Below, piece by piece: positions 1 through 8,813 of a DNA stretch of 17,694 nucleotides; the stretch's first letter is position 1; every line of letters starts with the position of its first letter. A program made the translations under genes and the position numbers. The notes beneath the pieces are model-generated. The model was not told where the DNA came from. It searched no databases and saw only the letters and a list, made by a program, of their open reading frames with translations. Source of the DNA: Amoeboradix gromovi X-113 (taxonomy: Eukaryota; Fungi; Sanchytriomycota); assembly GCA_018985225.1 (NCBI GenBank), contig JADGIF010000142.1, positions 1 to 17,694 of the forward strand. The letters are read 5' to 3'.

Positions 1-432
1 AGGGTACTGACTGGAACCGCTCCGATTGCTTTAATTCGAACCACATGAACAGCCAAAGTCTCAGTTAGTAAAGTTATACGTTAGAACAAGAAACGATTTA
101 ACGTACTCTAGAATTGTATCTGTATGCGAACTTTTACGAATTAAACTTACTCAGGATATATACCAAAAAGTGGACCATCGCTTATAACGGAGGTTTCTAT
201 TAATTGGCAAGTCTGGTTTGTTAAAGTATTTCTGCAATAAAGCATAGTCCTTTTAGCAGGGTTTTAACATGTTATGGCATCTTTAAACAATTTATGCTTT
301 AATTTACTTTTCATGTAGTTGATTGTTTGTAGTGTTTTTGATTTTAGGACGGGGTCGGTTATCTATACATGCTCCAAATATATGCCAGTAGTTATATTGG
401 AGAAGGACAAGGTTAATTGTAATTAGATTTAT

Positions 433-2163
433 TTAAATCTTATGGTATGGCTCATCGCCTTGATGTTTTTGTATCGCATCATATAGTGTCCCGCTACTTA
501 GTGACGTCCGCTTCTTCTTTTTAATATCTAATTGTTCATACAGTGATGGTGTGGTAGGTATAGGTGGTACAGGCATCTGTATAAATGGCCCGTCATTTTG
601 CAATCCTGGATATTGTGCTTCCAATTTCTGTTTCAACTTGACATCAACTTTTGAGTACAATGTGCTACCATTACTAGCTGCTCTATTCAAGTTGGGTGTA
701 GATTCATTTGCACTGATTGCGACCTCTTTTGGCATTTTCAGAGAAGGCATCGAGTGGGTCATAGGATCAGATTTTATAGACTTCATGTGCTTTTTTTGTT
801 TTCTCTGCTTCCTGTCTATCAGCTGCATCATTCCTACAAGAGACCTTCTCAGCACAAAGTCGGTCGCATGTATTATTATAGTGTCATCCTCCAAGCTAAC
901 TAAATCATCCTTAACTAAAGAATTGCTTTGTTTGCCTGATAAGCTATCATTGTATTCACCACTATCAAAGAACCATTCGGGATTCTCATATAATGTCCAC
1001 AATGCCATGGCACTATTTATGCTTCTTTGCCAATCTCTTAGTTTCTCACTTCCCTCCACTTGGCAAACAATTCTTTCTTCGTCCCCACTCCCACCACTTC
1101 TGACGAGTATAAACTCGTGTTTCTTATTCAGGTCTGATGAGTATCCGGGAAGCACTTGAGATATTTCGTGTTCATGACTATACAGATTAAAATCCTCCCA
1201 CTTGAACTTCAAGTCCTTATTCTTGTCCATTTTAATTATCAAGCCATCAACAGCAACTTGGCAATAGTAACGATAAGCTTTGGCATGCCGTGAATTACTG
1301 CGAAACATTGAACGCCTTTTTTTAATTTTGTTTTGGTTCACTGTTAAATGAATTTCAATGGTCAAAAACCCTGCCATTTTAGGATAGCCACGAAGTAGAA
1401 CATCAAAGTCAGCGTATAGTTCCGAGGCTTTGAAGGGAAACAGCCATAGATTGCCGTCGTGCTGTTGCCAATTGCTGATTATGTGCGATATGTACTCGTG
1501 GTGCATTATAGGACGATATAGATGGTCAGCAGTTATTTCAACAAGCGTCCAGCCAAGTTGTTTAGAATTTAATGCATAAAAGCTATCAAGAGTGTTATCA
1601 GCATTCTTAATAAATCCGTCCCATGAGAACGCACATTTAGCAATTAAGTGCGAAATCATAAAAAAGGAGGTAGTGAACTGACTAATTATCAACGATTTGG
1701 CATGGGTTTGAGGGTGGTGAATAAATACCTTCAAAGCCAACTTTTGAATTTGATCGCTCGCAGACTGCAAAACACTATCTAGTTGAGGCGTATAAATTAT
1801 TCCGTTCTCCTGAAGCCTCATTGGATATATGGAAGCATACAAATCATTAATTGGTTTAATTTCAGCCACTGTTACTTCTTGGCTCTCCTCTTCTTCTGCA
1901 TCTAATAAATTTAGCATGTCAAGTGTGTTATCCAAATCTTTTTGCAAGAGCTCTATGCTATCATTTGGTGTCATCAAATCATCAGATCCTTTACTTATAA
2001 ATCTCTCAAATTTACTAGGATCGTGTCTAGTAGAAATGTTTGGTGGTGCTGCTATTTTTATTGATGGTGTTTCTGGTATAGAATCGCTAGGCCCCATTAG
2101 CTCCTGCAATTCAGATTCCAGTGAGTCAAAAAATCCTTCCATTTTATTCAATGTTTGTATCAA
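433..2163 (-). CDS. RA (Ras-association)-PH domain adaptor-like protein, Grb7/MRL-like architecture. Start uncertain: ATG at 2142, or an upstream exon from 2335.
   Basis: 576-aa ORF. 'KVFIHHPQTHAKSLII...GWTLVEITADHLYRPIMHHEYISHIISNW...NLWLF' resembles the Grb7/RIAM RA-domain pattern W-x-L-V-E...R-x-(L/I)-x-x-H-E. It is followed by a PH-like region 'PKMAGFL...FILV...IVCQVEGSEKLRDWQRSI' and a Pro/Tyr-motif tail. Family call is by motif recall, not a search. Confidence 0.65.
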   Translation of the reverse strand: MIQTLNKMEGFFDSLESELQELMGPSDSIPETPSIKIAAPPNISTRHDPSKFERFISKGSDDLMTPNDSIELLQKDLDNTLDMLNLLDAEEEESQEVTVAEIKPINDLYASIYPMRLQENGIIYTPQLDSVLQSASDQIQKLALKVFIHHPQTHAKSLIISQFTTSFFMISHLIAKCAFSWDGFIKNADNTLDSFYALNSKQLGWTLVEITADHLYRPIMHHEYISHIISNWQQHDGNLWLFPFKASELYADFDVLLRGYPKMAGFLTIEIHLTVNQNKIKKRRSMFRSNSRHAKAYRYYCQVAVDGLIIKMDKNKDLKFKWEDFNLYSHEHEISQVLPGYSSDLNKKHEFILVRSGGSGDEERIVCQVEGSEKLRDWQRSINSAMALWTLYENPEWFFDSGEYNDSLSGKQSNSLVKDDLVSLEDDTIIIHATDFVLRRSLVGMMQLIDRKQRKQKKHMKSIKSDPMTHSMPSLKMPKEVAISANESTPNLNRAASNGSTLYSKVDVKLKQKLEAQYPGLQNDGPFIQMPVPPIPTTPSLYEQLDIKKKKRTSLSSGTLYDAIQKHQGDEPYHKI

Positions 2164-2587
2164 GGAGTGCTCCTCATTTAAAGTGCTGCTTTCCTAGATA
2201 ATCAAGAATTTCCATGAAGAAACTGACAAAGCCAGTGGATCAGTTACAATTGCTCACGCTTTCACTACAGTGAGGTGCGATTGAATTGCTATGCATGTAT
2301 TTCAAGTATGTGTTTCTTGCTAGCCTTTGGTCCATGTCTACTTCCAGATGACAGCTTGTGCAAATACTTGTCTCAATATCGGGTTCTAAACCTTGCACAC
2401 ATTGACTAGTAAATGCTTCATTGCGTTCTACCGATATCTTTCTCCTTTCTTTTGAACCAGAATTTCAATTTTACATGTCTGAATGTAAAAGAGTATCTTT
2501 TACATCTGTAGGTGATCTCTTTAGATTTAAAATGATATGGTTGACATGGCTTGGAGCTGTTTATCACATGAGGACTGGATGCTATAT

Positions 2588-2885
2588 TGGATACCAAATA
2601 TAAAAACTAGACCAAGCCGTTTTTAAAGGAGGTGCTCCATAAGGAGGAAATAATAATATTAATAAAAGTCCTTGTTCTTTCAAACCAATTTTCTTTCATT
2701 AATGTCATTCCTCTGTTTGAAATAAGACAAGATGACCCACTCTCTCTTTCAAGTAAGGTCTTTGAGTGTCTAAGCAAAAGGTGCAACAAATAAGATTAAT
2801 TTAATTTACTATCGGTTAATGCACACTTGAAATAATGATTCAAACTATTTCAGAAAGTCAGTCTAGTTCTTATGTTTGATGTCTC
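2588..2885 (-). mobile_element. Degenerate, inverted copy (~298 bp) of the MITE family at 8415-8813
   Basis: 2588-2670 TGGATACCAAATATAAAAACTAGACCAAGCCGTTTTTAAAGGAGGTGCTCCATAAGGAGGAA matches the reverse complement of the right end of the 8415 element (GGGACATCAAATATAAAAACTAGACTAACTCGTTTTTAAAGGAGGTGCTCCATACGGAGGAA). 2828-2885 TGAAATAATGATTCAAACTATTTCAGAAAGTCAGTCTAGTTCTTATGTTTGATGTCTC matches the reverse complement of its left end. No TSD remains. Confidence 0.85.
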
Positions 2886-2916
2886 CAGTGTTAAGTTATC
2901 TAGTTGCTTGATTTTA

Positions 2917-5900
2917 TTAAAAGTTATTTATTGTTAATGCTTTCAACTTTGCTATTTTTATATCCTTTTGTGACTTAGTTAATTCTTCATCTGCATTATA
3001 ATAAATTACTTCTTGCTGTACAGTTCTATGTAAGCTAATTAAGAAATCAACGTAGCTTGGTCCGTCTGGCATCATGTCCTCTACCATCATCTGTTTTATT
3101 TCTTGCTCTAATGGATCTACATTACTTCTAACAATATATATTGCTATGTACTTTCTATATCTTCTGTATATTTCACCAATCAGAATACTCAACTTCTTCA
3201 TGACCGCATTGTTTTGCATTTTCAAGCTGTGCTGCAACACGTTAATTTGGTCAATGCTGTTTACATTAAAAACGGACATCAAAAATGATTTACTGATGCT
3301 TCTGCCTATCCAAATATATATACGCTGTCCATTTTCAATCAAATAGCATCCGTCGTCCATAAATAGCTCCATACTGGCTCTAATTCTATTTGGCAGAATC
3401 AATCGCATATCATCAAATTCGCCCACATTGTCGGGTAGATTCACCAAGTCATATATTCGTGGATACAAAAATGGCATCAGCACTTCTGTTGAACAGTTTC
3501 CAATAAATCTCATGTGATTGACTCTAAAGTCCAGTGGGTATTGCTGCAATGTAAATGACTTACTCTTCAACAAACACAAGACATAACAAGGTAACAATTT
3601 CAACGATTCAGGAAGAATCAGCTGTCCAGGTGGACTGTTCATAGCACAGTGCTTTCGGTACATCGCCAGAGTTTTTGAAGTCTTGGTCATCAACTCCTCT
3701 CTTCCTTCTTGTATTGTAGTTGACTGCACACTAAATTTACCTAAAATGGAGACCACAGTATCGCATTCACCATGCTTAAACAACGACTGAGCTTGCTGCT
3801 CAATTGGTACGGCTAATGTGTTTATTCTCACCTTTCTCAATCCACTTGGGGTTGTGTAAAGCAGCGCAGATTGTAAATTACACAATCCACCATTCATTTG
3901 ATTTGTAATAGCCAATAGCACAGCAACACTCTTGTCAGCATCTACACCACATAGCTTACATTCGACGTCATCATCACTGTGCAGACTACCCATATAACTA
4001 TGCACTTGAACTCCGAGACTGCTTCTCACTCTTAAATATCCCTGGTATCCAAACGGTTTAGTCAAATTACGAAAAAGATTACTGAACAGCCAATATGAGT
4101 CATTTATTGTATACCCGGGAAAGAAGTAGTTGGATCCACCAGTTTTAGTGCATAAGTGGCCTATAGTAGCTAGATCAACATATGCAGTAGGAAAAGAAAA
4201 GACGTCTAAACAAACGTTCCTTTTAATGAGATCTTTCGCTAACTGTTGATAATACATGTCATCTGGGGGGTATAAGTGATTGTTTTTCTTATCCATCACT
4301 AATGAGGCATCTCTATTTGCTAATATACCTGGGCCATGATTTGGCAAAATAGAATGAAACATGACGCATTTACCGCCAGCATTACCACGCTGTTGAAGAG
4401 CTAAACTAGACGCAATTATTGCAGATGCGATGCAACTGTGATTACTTGTGGGAATAAGCAACGGAATCTGTTCTAACAACAATCTAATTTGTTGCTTATT
4501 AGCTATAGGGTCCAGATATATGTCATTACTAGGATAGAAGACATCATTAACATCAGGAATAACAATAGAGGTGCCATTATTAGTATAGAATATCAACTCG
4601 CTATCAAACGTCATAATTGCTATTTTAGCATTCTGTGGCAACTGAAATTGGGGATTACCCGCAATACCACTTGTGTCTATATATGCAGGATCTATCCCAC
4701 CATTGGACAAACCATTAATATAAAAATCACGGGAATTGTCAACATCCTCTAAGATTGTAGAGCTTATATTATAGAGAATCTTCAGTAGACACGCACAGAT
4801 GGACTGCACCTGACCAGATTTGTAAGAGTTTATAGATGTATCTATAGCAAATATTATTGCAAGTGGTAATGGCTCATTGTCTCCGATATATTCATCGCTT
4901 ACAGTTATGTCAATAGTTCCGCTTGTGAGCTCGTGCCTTTCTTGTATGTCCATTCTGACGTGATTCATATCAAGATTACAAAAATACTCAGTGGGTACGG
5001 TATTTTGAAAAGTACAGAACCCACAAACATAGGATTTACCTCCATTTGTAAAAGACATTCGTGGGCACATGTATGCTCTACATTTGTTACACCTGACAGG
5101 TCCTTTGAATGGCCTCGTATCTACCGTCAATATCTCTTCATCATATTCATTATCAACAAGTGGATGCACAATCAATCCAAGCGGAATCTGACATTTTTGC
5201 TTAAATTCATCACTAACAGGAATGCTAGTAGAGCAGCGCATGTATCGAGGAATGCAGTTGCCCATGTCCTTCATATGGCAAATGGTGGTAGTTAAAGGAA
5301 CAATAGCGCTCCGATCAGGATTGATAGGATTTGTGGAAGATTGATGTGAAGGATCAAATGTTGCTAAAAACTCATCCCGATAATCCAACTGCTCAACAGA
5401 TATTGGGGATGGTACCTGAGAGGGATCAATTTTACGAGGCGGATTCGGAGAGGGAAGTTGTTGTTGAGTGCCAGCGTAATACTGTGGAGAGTTAGAAAAT
5501 GGCGGAGTGTTGGGTGTCGGTTGACCGAAAGGGGGCTGGATAGGTTGCTGAGGCATCGGGGGAGTTGGTTGTTGACCAAATTGAGGAAGCTGTTGCTGGG
5601 ATTGACTGTAAGAATTGCGATTTGGAGGTTGCCCAGGTTGTTGAGCTGAAGGGTGTTGATTGTAAGGTGGACGCTGAGTAGGAGGCTGCATTGGTGGCCT
5701 CTGCTGCTGCAACGGTGGCGGCTGCTGCATTGGTGGCCTCTGCTGCTGCATCGGTGGCTGCTGCATTGGTGGCCTCTGCTGCTGCATCGGTGGCTGCTGC
5801 ATTGGTGGCCTCTGTTGCTGCATCGGTGGCTGCTGCATTGGTGGCCTCTGTTGCTGCATCGATGGCGGCTGCTGCATTGGTGGCCTCTGTGGCTCAATCG

Positions 5901-6105
5901 GTTGTTGCATTCCAGGCCTTAGCTGCTGCTGCATCGGCGGTCTCTGAGAAAATGGTCTATTTAGCGGTCCTTGATTTGATGGATATTGCTGATTAGCTCT
6001 AGGATTTTGAGATTGTTGCCGTTGAGGTGCAACTGGTCTTGGAGGTCTAGGTAAGTCAGGTTGAGACTGCGAATTTATTAATGGTCTACTTGATGGACGT
6101 TGCAT
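2917..6105 (-). CDS. SEC24: COPII coat subunit Sec24, SEC24C/D (Lst1/Sfb3-like) subfamily. Likely start MQRPSS at 6105; ORF is open from 6165.
   Basis: Pro/Gln-rich N-terminus; 'KIDPSQVPSPI', 'PLTTT...DMGNCIPRYMRCST', zinc finger 'PVRCNKCRAYMCP...CGFCTFQNTVPTEYF', trunk 'FAIDTS', 'LQSALLYTTPSGLRKVRI', 'GQLILPESLKLLPCY', 'FLYPRIY', gelsolin-like and 'SYVDFL' C-terminus. Confidence 0.97.
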   Translation of the reverse strand: MQRPSSRPLINSQSQPDLPRPPRPVAPQRQQSQNPRANQQYPSNQGPLNRPFSQRPPMQQQLRPGMQQPIEPQRPPMQQPPSMQQQRPPMQQPPMQQQRPPMQQPPMQQQRPPMQQPPMQQQRPPMQQPPPLQQQRPPMQPPTQRPPYNQHPSAQQPGQPPNRNSYSQSQQQLPQFGQQPTPPMPQQPIQPPFGQPTPNTPPFSNSPQYYAGTQQQLPSPNPPRKIDPSQVPSPISVEQLDYRDEFLATFDPSHQSSTNPINPDRSAIVPLTTTICHMKDMGNCIPRYMRCSTSIPVSDEFKQKCQIPLGLIVHPLVDNEYDEEILTVDTRPFKGPVRCNKCRAYMCPRMSFTNGGKSYVCGFCTFQNTVPTEYFCNLDMNHVRMDIQERHELTSGTIDITVSDEYIGDNEPLPLAIIFAIDTSINSYKSGQVQSICACLLKILYNISSTILEDVDNSRDFYINGLSNGGIDPAYIDTSGIAGNPQFQLPQNAKIAIMTFDSELIFYTNNGTSIVIPDVNDVFYPSNDIYLDPIANKQQIRLLLEQIPLLIPTSNHSCIASAIIASSLALQQRGNAGGKCVMFHSILPNHGPGILANRDASLVMDKKNNHLYPPDDMYYQQLAKDLIKRNVCLDVFSFPTAYVDLATIGHLCTKTGGSNYFFPGYTINDSYWLFSNLFRNLTKPFGYQGYLRVRSSLGVQVHSYMGSLHSDDDVECKLCGVDADKSVAVLLAITNQMNGGLCNLQSALLYTTPSGLRKVRINTLAVPIEQQAQSLFKHGECDTVVSILGKFSVQSTTIQEGREELMTKTSKTLAMYRKHCAMNSPPGQLILPESLKLLPCYVLCLLKSKSFTLQQYPLDFRVNHMRFIGNCSTEVLMPFLYPRIYDLVNLPDNVGEFDDMRLILPNRIRASMELFMDDGCYLIENGQRIYIWIGRSISKSFLMSVFNVNSIDQINVLQHSLKMQNNAVMKKLSILIGEIYRRYRKYIAIYIVRSNVDPLEQEIKQMMVEDMMPDGPSYVDFLISLHRTVQQEVIYYNADEELTKSQKDIKIAKLKALTINNF
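5684..5889 (-). repeat. Coding minisatellite, ~6 copies of a 36-bp unit (39-bp variants) encoding QRPPMQQPPMQQ in the Sec24 N-terminus
   Basis: Plus-strand unit GCTGCTGCATTGGTGGCCTCTG(C/T)TGCTGCATCGGTG repeated near-identically. Confidence 0.95.
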
Positions 6106-6590
6106 TGTTTTAAGATATGAGCAATGAAAATATATTATTTTTGATAACGCTAAATGGACAGTCATAAGTTATTTACTCTCAACTTTCCGCTATATTTATT
6201 CAAGTCCGCAGCCGCTTTTGTTTGGACAGCTAGATCTCATATGATTAGGAATAAAATTTTAATTAATACTATTTATTGTATATCAGGATGCTACGAGTTA
6301 TACTTGGTAGTACAATACTTACAAATCATACTACAGCTGATGTGAGAACAGTGTCAAGCACAATAGCGCTCACACTCAAAAGAATCTTAGATTACGCTAG
6401 TGTAGCCACCGCAATTGTGGATAAATATATGAGTTCATGATATAGCAAACTTTAAGTTGTTGAGAGCGCACTAAAAATGTTGAAAGACCTGACTGGCAAT
6501 AAAGATATAATTACTGGACCAATTTCCCTAATCTAGGGGATTAAATAGGGGCTTTCGTAAAAATTACTTTACTTTTTGTAGGGGTGTCCC

Positions 6591-7337
6591 ATGTCCAATG
6601 CAACAGCAACCACTATATCATTACTATCGGTGCCCAACCCAGTAGTGTTTTTAAAAACACTACCTGCTATTAGTGTGACATTCAACAGCAATAACTGTGC
6701 TCTTACATCGGATCAGATTACAAAATGTGTTGTTCATGGAGATAATTTCAATGATTTTTATGCCAGTATCAAAGAAACATGTAATAATTGCGATGTTGTT
6801 TACAATTCTATGCTTAATGAATGTGGATTAGATACAAATCTTAAGCAGGTGTTATCTGAATACCGAAATAACGTTTGCGTAAGGTCTAATGACGTGAAAT
6901 GCTATGAAAGTCAGTGGACCAAATACCTAGAGAACAATGAAGTAGACCTAGGCAGCTATAAATCAAGTGCGCAGTTGAGTTACACTTGCGATGGCTGTAC
7001 TTTTAATTCTGTGTTGGCCGCAATAACATACTCAAAGTTAGTGGAAAAATTGTTTTCAATGAAGGATTATGGCGAATCTCAAATTGCGGCCATCAAATCA
7101 AATATTATAAACCAATGCGGTGCGCCATATGATCAGCTTGGTGCTGCTAAAACAGTTTCAAATGCAACTGTTAATTGGACAATAATTGTGCTGCCTATAA
7201 TCGCATCCATATTTCTATTTGCACTTTTGTACTTGTCTTACAAATTCTACAAAAGTTACAGATCAAAACAGTTTATAAGGGCTTCAAATGAGAGATTAAA
7301 CGTTGAAAACTATTACATTTCAGATGTCTATCAGTAA
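6591..7337 (+). CDS. Cys-rich single-pass membrane protein of unknown function
   Basis: 248-aa ORF. Multiple Cys and N-x-T/S sequons precede a hydrophobic segment WTIIVLPIIASIFLFALLYLSY, followed by a basic stop-transfer (KFYKSYRSK) and a short Tyr-containing tail. No clear signal peptide. Confidence 0.8.
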   Translation: MSNATATTISLLSVPNPVVFLKTLPAISVTFNSNNCALTSDQITKCVVHGDNFNDFYASIKETCNNCDVVYNSMLNECGLDTNLKQVLSEYRNNVCVRSNDVKCYESQWTKYLENNEVDLGSYKSSAQLSYTCDGCTFNSVLAAITYSKLVEKLFSMKDYGESQIAAIKSNIINQCGAPYDQLGAAKTVSNATVNWTIIVLPIIASIFLFALLYLSYKFYKSYRSKQFIRASNERLNVENYYISDVYQ

Positions 7338-7355
7338 ATTTATTACTTTGCACCA

Positions 7356-8381
7356 TTACTGCTGCTTTTTGAATTGAAAATACTCATCCAGTTTATCCAA
7401 AATGTTAACATTTGTCGCCTTGGTTTTATCAGTGAGTTTAGCGCTTTTTTTTAAAGATCCTGACCTTTTAGATTCTACAGAGGTTGAGTCATTGTAATCG
7501 ACGTCGGGTTTATCAAAGGGTTTACTTGCATGTAGTTCTGGGAATGATTCGAACAGCTTAGCAACAAGTGGAGAGAAAATGTCAGTTTGGTCTGCCCTAG
7601 GAATGGTCGTGAAATCTTCAACATTAGTTGATTCACTAGATACAAGACTTGAATCTTTAAGATTCTCATTCGTCCTCTTCTTCAAATCTTGCTTAGATTC
7701 CTGCTTTTTATTAACTCTGTCCAATTTGGCCAACTTTGAAGAGATGGATTTAATCCACAATTGTTGCAAGTTAACGTGTTCCAGTCTGAACAAAATAATC
7801 TCTGTGCCAATATTAATTCCAAATCCGTCAAAGTTCTTTAGATTAAGAACCAAGCGACATCGTTTTAAATTAATTCTATCACGAACACACTCGTACCTGC
7901 TATTGCTCAATTCTACATTAAAAAGATCAATGCTAGTGTCATACATCAAAGCCAAAACAGTATTAAAATGTATTGACGGTATTTTGTCAATTTCTTGAAC
8001 AGAGCAGTACTCCAAAAACCCTAGTCGGACATTGGAATCCCTAACCATATTACCATGATAGTAGATGAAGTTGTTGAAATCGTAAAGCAAAGGTATAATA
8101 CCTATAGGTTCAGGGAATTTAAATTTCGATTTACAATTTAAACACGAGAAAAGAGTATTCCCCAACCCGAGATGAATTTGGCCACATTTTAAACAGTCGT
8201 ACTTAGAGCATGATATACATTGAATACAGAAAGAATTGGTCTCTGCATTGCTATCTGCATATGTGACTTTCAACCATGGCAAAGCAGACATCACACCGGT
8301 GTTTTGGGACAAATTTGCGATAACAGGCCAAGGTATTACCCGGGGACGCTCCCTGCGAGACTGTCTCGAAATTATAATCAT
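7356..8381 (-). CDS. Hypothetical protein with an N-terminal CxxC cluster (putative Zn-binding) and a PH-like domain; 5' end uncertain
   Basis: 341-aa ORF with CIQC, CLKC and CLNC motifs. 'LGFLEY...FGINIGTEIILFRLEHVNLQQLWIKSI' resembles PH beta1 and the C-terminal Trp helix. Low-complexity tail. Confidence 0.6.
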   Translation of the reverse strand: MIIISRQSRRERPRVIPWPVIANLSQNTGVMSALPWLKVTYADSNAETNSFCIQCISCSKYDCLKCGQIHLGLGNTLFSCLNCKSKFKFPEPIGIIPLLYDFNNFIYYHGNMVRDSNVRLGFLEYCSVQEIDKIPSIHFNTVLALMYDTSIDLFNVELSNSRYECVRDRINLKRCRLVLNLKNFDGFGINIGTEIILFRLEHVNLQQLWIKSISSKLAKLDRVNKKQESKQDLKKRTNENLKDSSLVSSESTNVEDFTTIPRADQTDIFSPLVAKLFESFPELHASKPFDKPDVDYNDSTSVESKRSGSLKKSAKLTDKTKATNVNILDKLDEYFQFKKQQ

Positions 8382-8414
8382 TCAGACTCTTTCTGCCTCT
8401 TTGATTCTACATGA

Positions 8415-8813
8415 GGGACATCAAATATAAAACTGGACTAACTTTCAGTAACAACTTGGAGCATTATTTCAGCTTTATTAATTTTATGGATTTAAGAGGC
8501 GAGTGGACATTCAGCTAGTTGCGGAGTTGACGATTATAAAAGGAAAATAAATAACTTTTTGTATCGAAATTTCAAAAATAAATATTCTGTACAGCTATTC
8601 TCTTACTCTCTCATACACCAGTAAATCAAAGAAATATAGTGTCTGTAAAAACTAGAATAGATAAGAGTAATGATGTTAGTATAACATTACAAAATGACAC
8701 TAGAAAAGAGTACCGTCTATAATAGAAGAAGATCTTTTATTAATGATAGCATTCCTCCGTATGGAGCACCTCCTTTAAAAACGAGTTAGTCTAGTTTTTA
8801 TATTTGATGTCCC
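8415..8813 (+). mobile_element. Intact 399-bp non-autonomous DNA transposon (MITE) with ~30-bp TIRs and 4-bp TSD ATGA; Sola2-like ends
   Basis: Left end 8415-8443 GGGACATCAAATATAAAACTGGACTAACT. Right end 8784-8813 reverse-complements to GGGACATCAAATATAAAAACTAGACTAACT (1 mismatch, 1 indel). ATGA flanks both sides (8411-8414, 8814-8817). No internal ORF in the track; two more copies in the window. Confidence 0.93.

Noticed and set aside
1-330. Protein-like minus-strand frames near the window start
   Set aside because: Two different frames look equally plausible, both have stops, and neither has a motif.
551-2197. Plus-strand ORFs 551-1159 and 1829-2197 (similarly 3074, 4489, 4933, 7579, 9515, 12798)
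   Set aside because: Antisense to well-supported genes, with no recognisable motifs.
2607-2789. 60-aa ORF
   Set aside because: Lies within the degenerate MITE and has a non-ATG start.
5684-5889. CRISPR-like array of ~36-bp repeats
   Set aside because: No unique spacers; contiguous coding tandem repeat inside SEC24.
5364-5996. Repetitive ORFs 5364-5897(-), 5653-5922(+), 5691-5996(+)
   Set aside because: Alternate-frame and antisense shadows of the Sec24 36-bp minisatellite.
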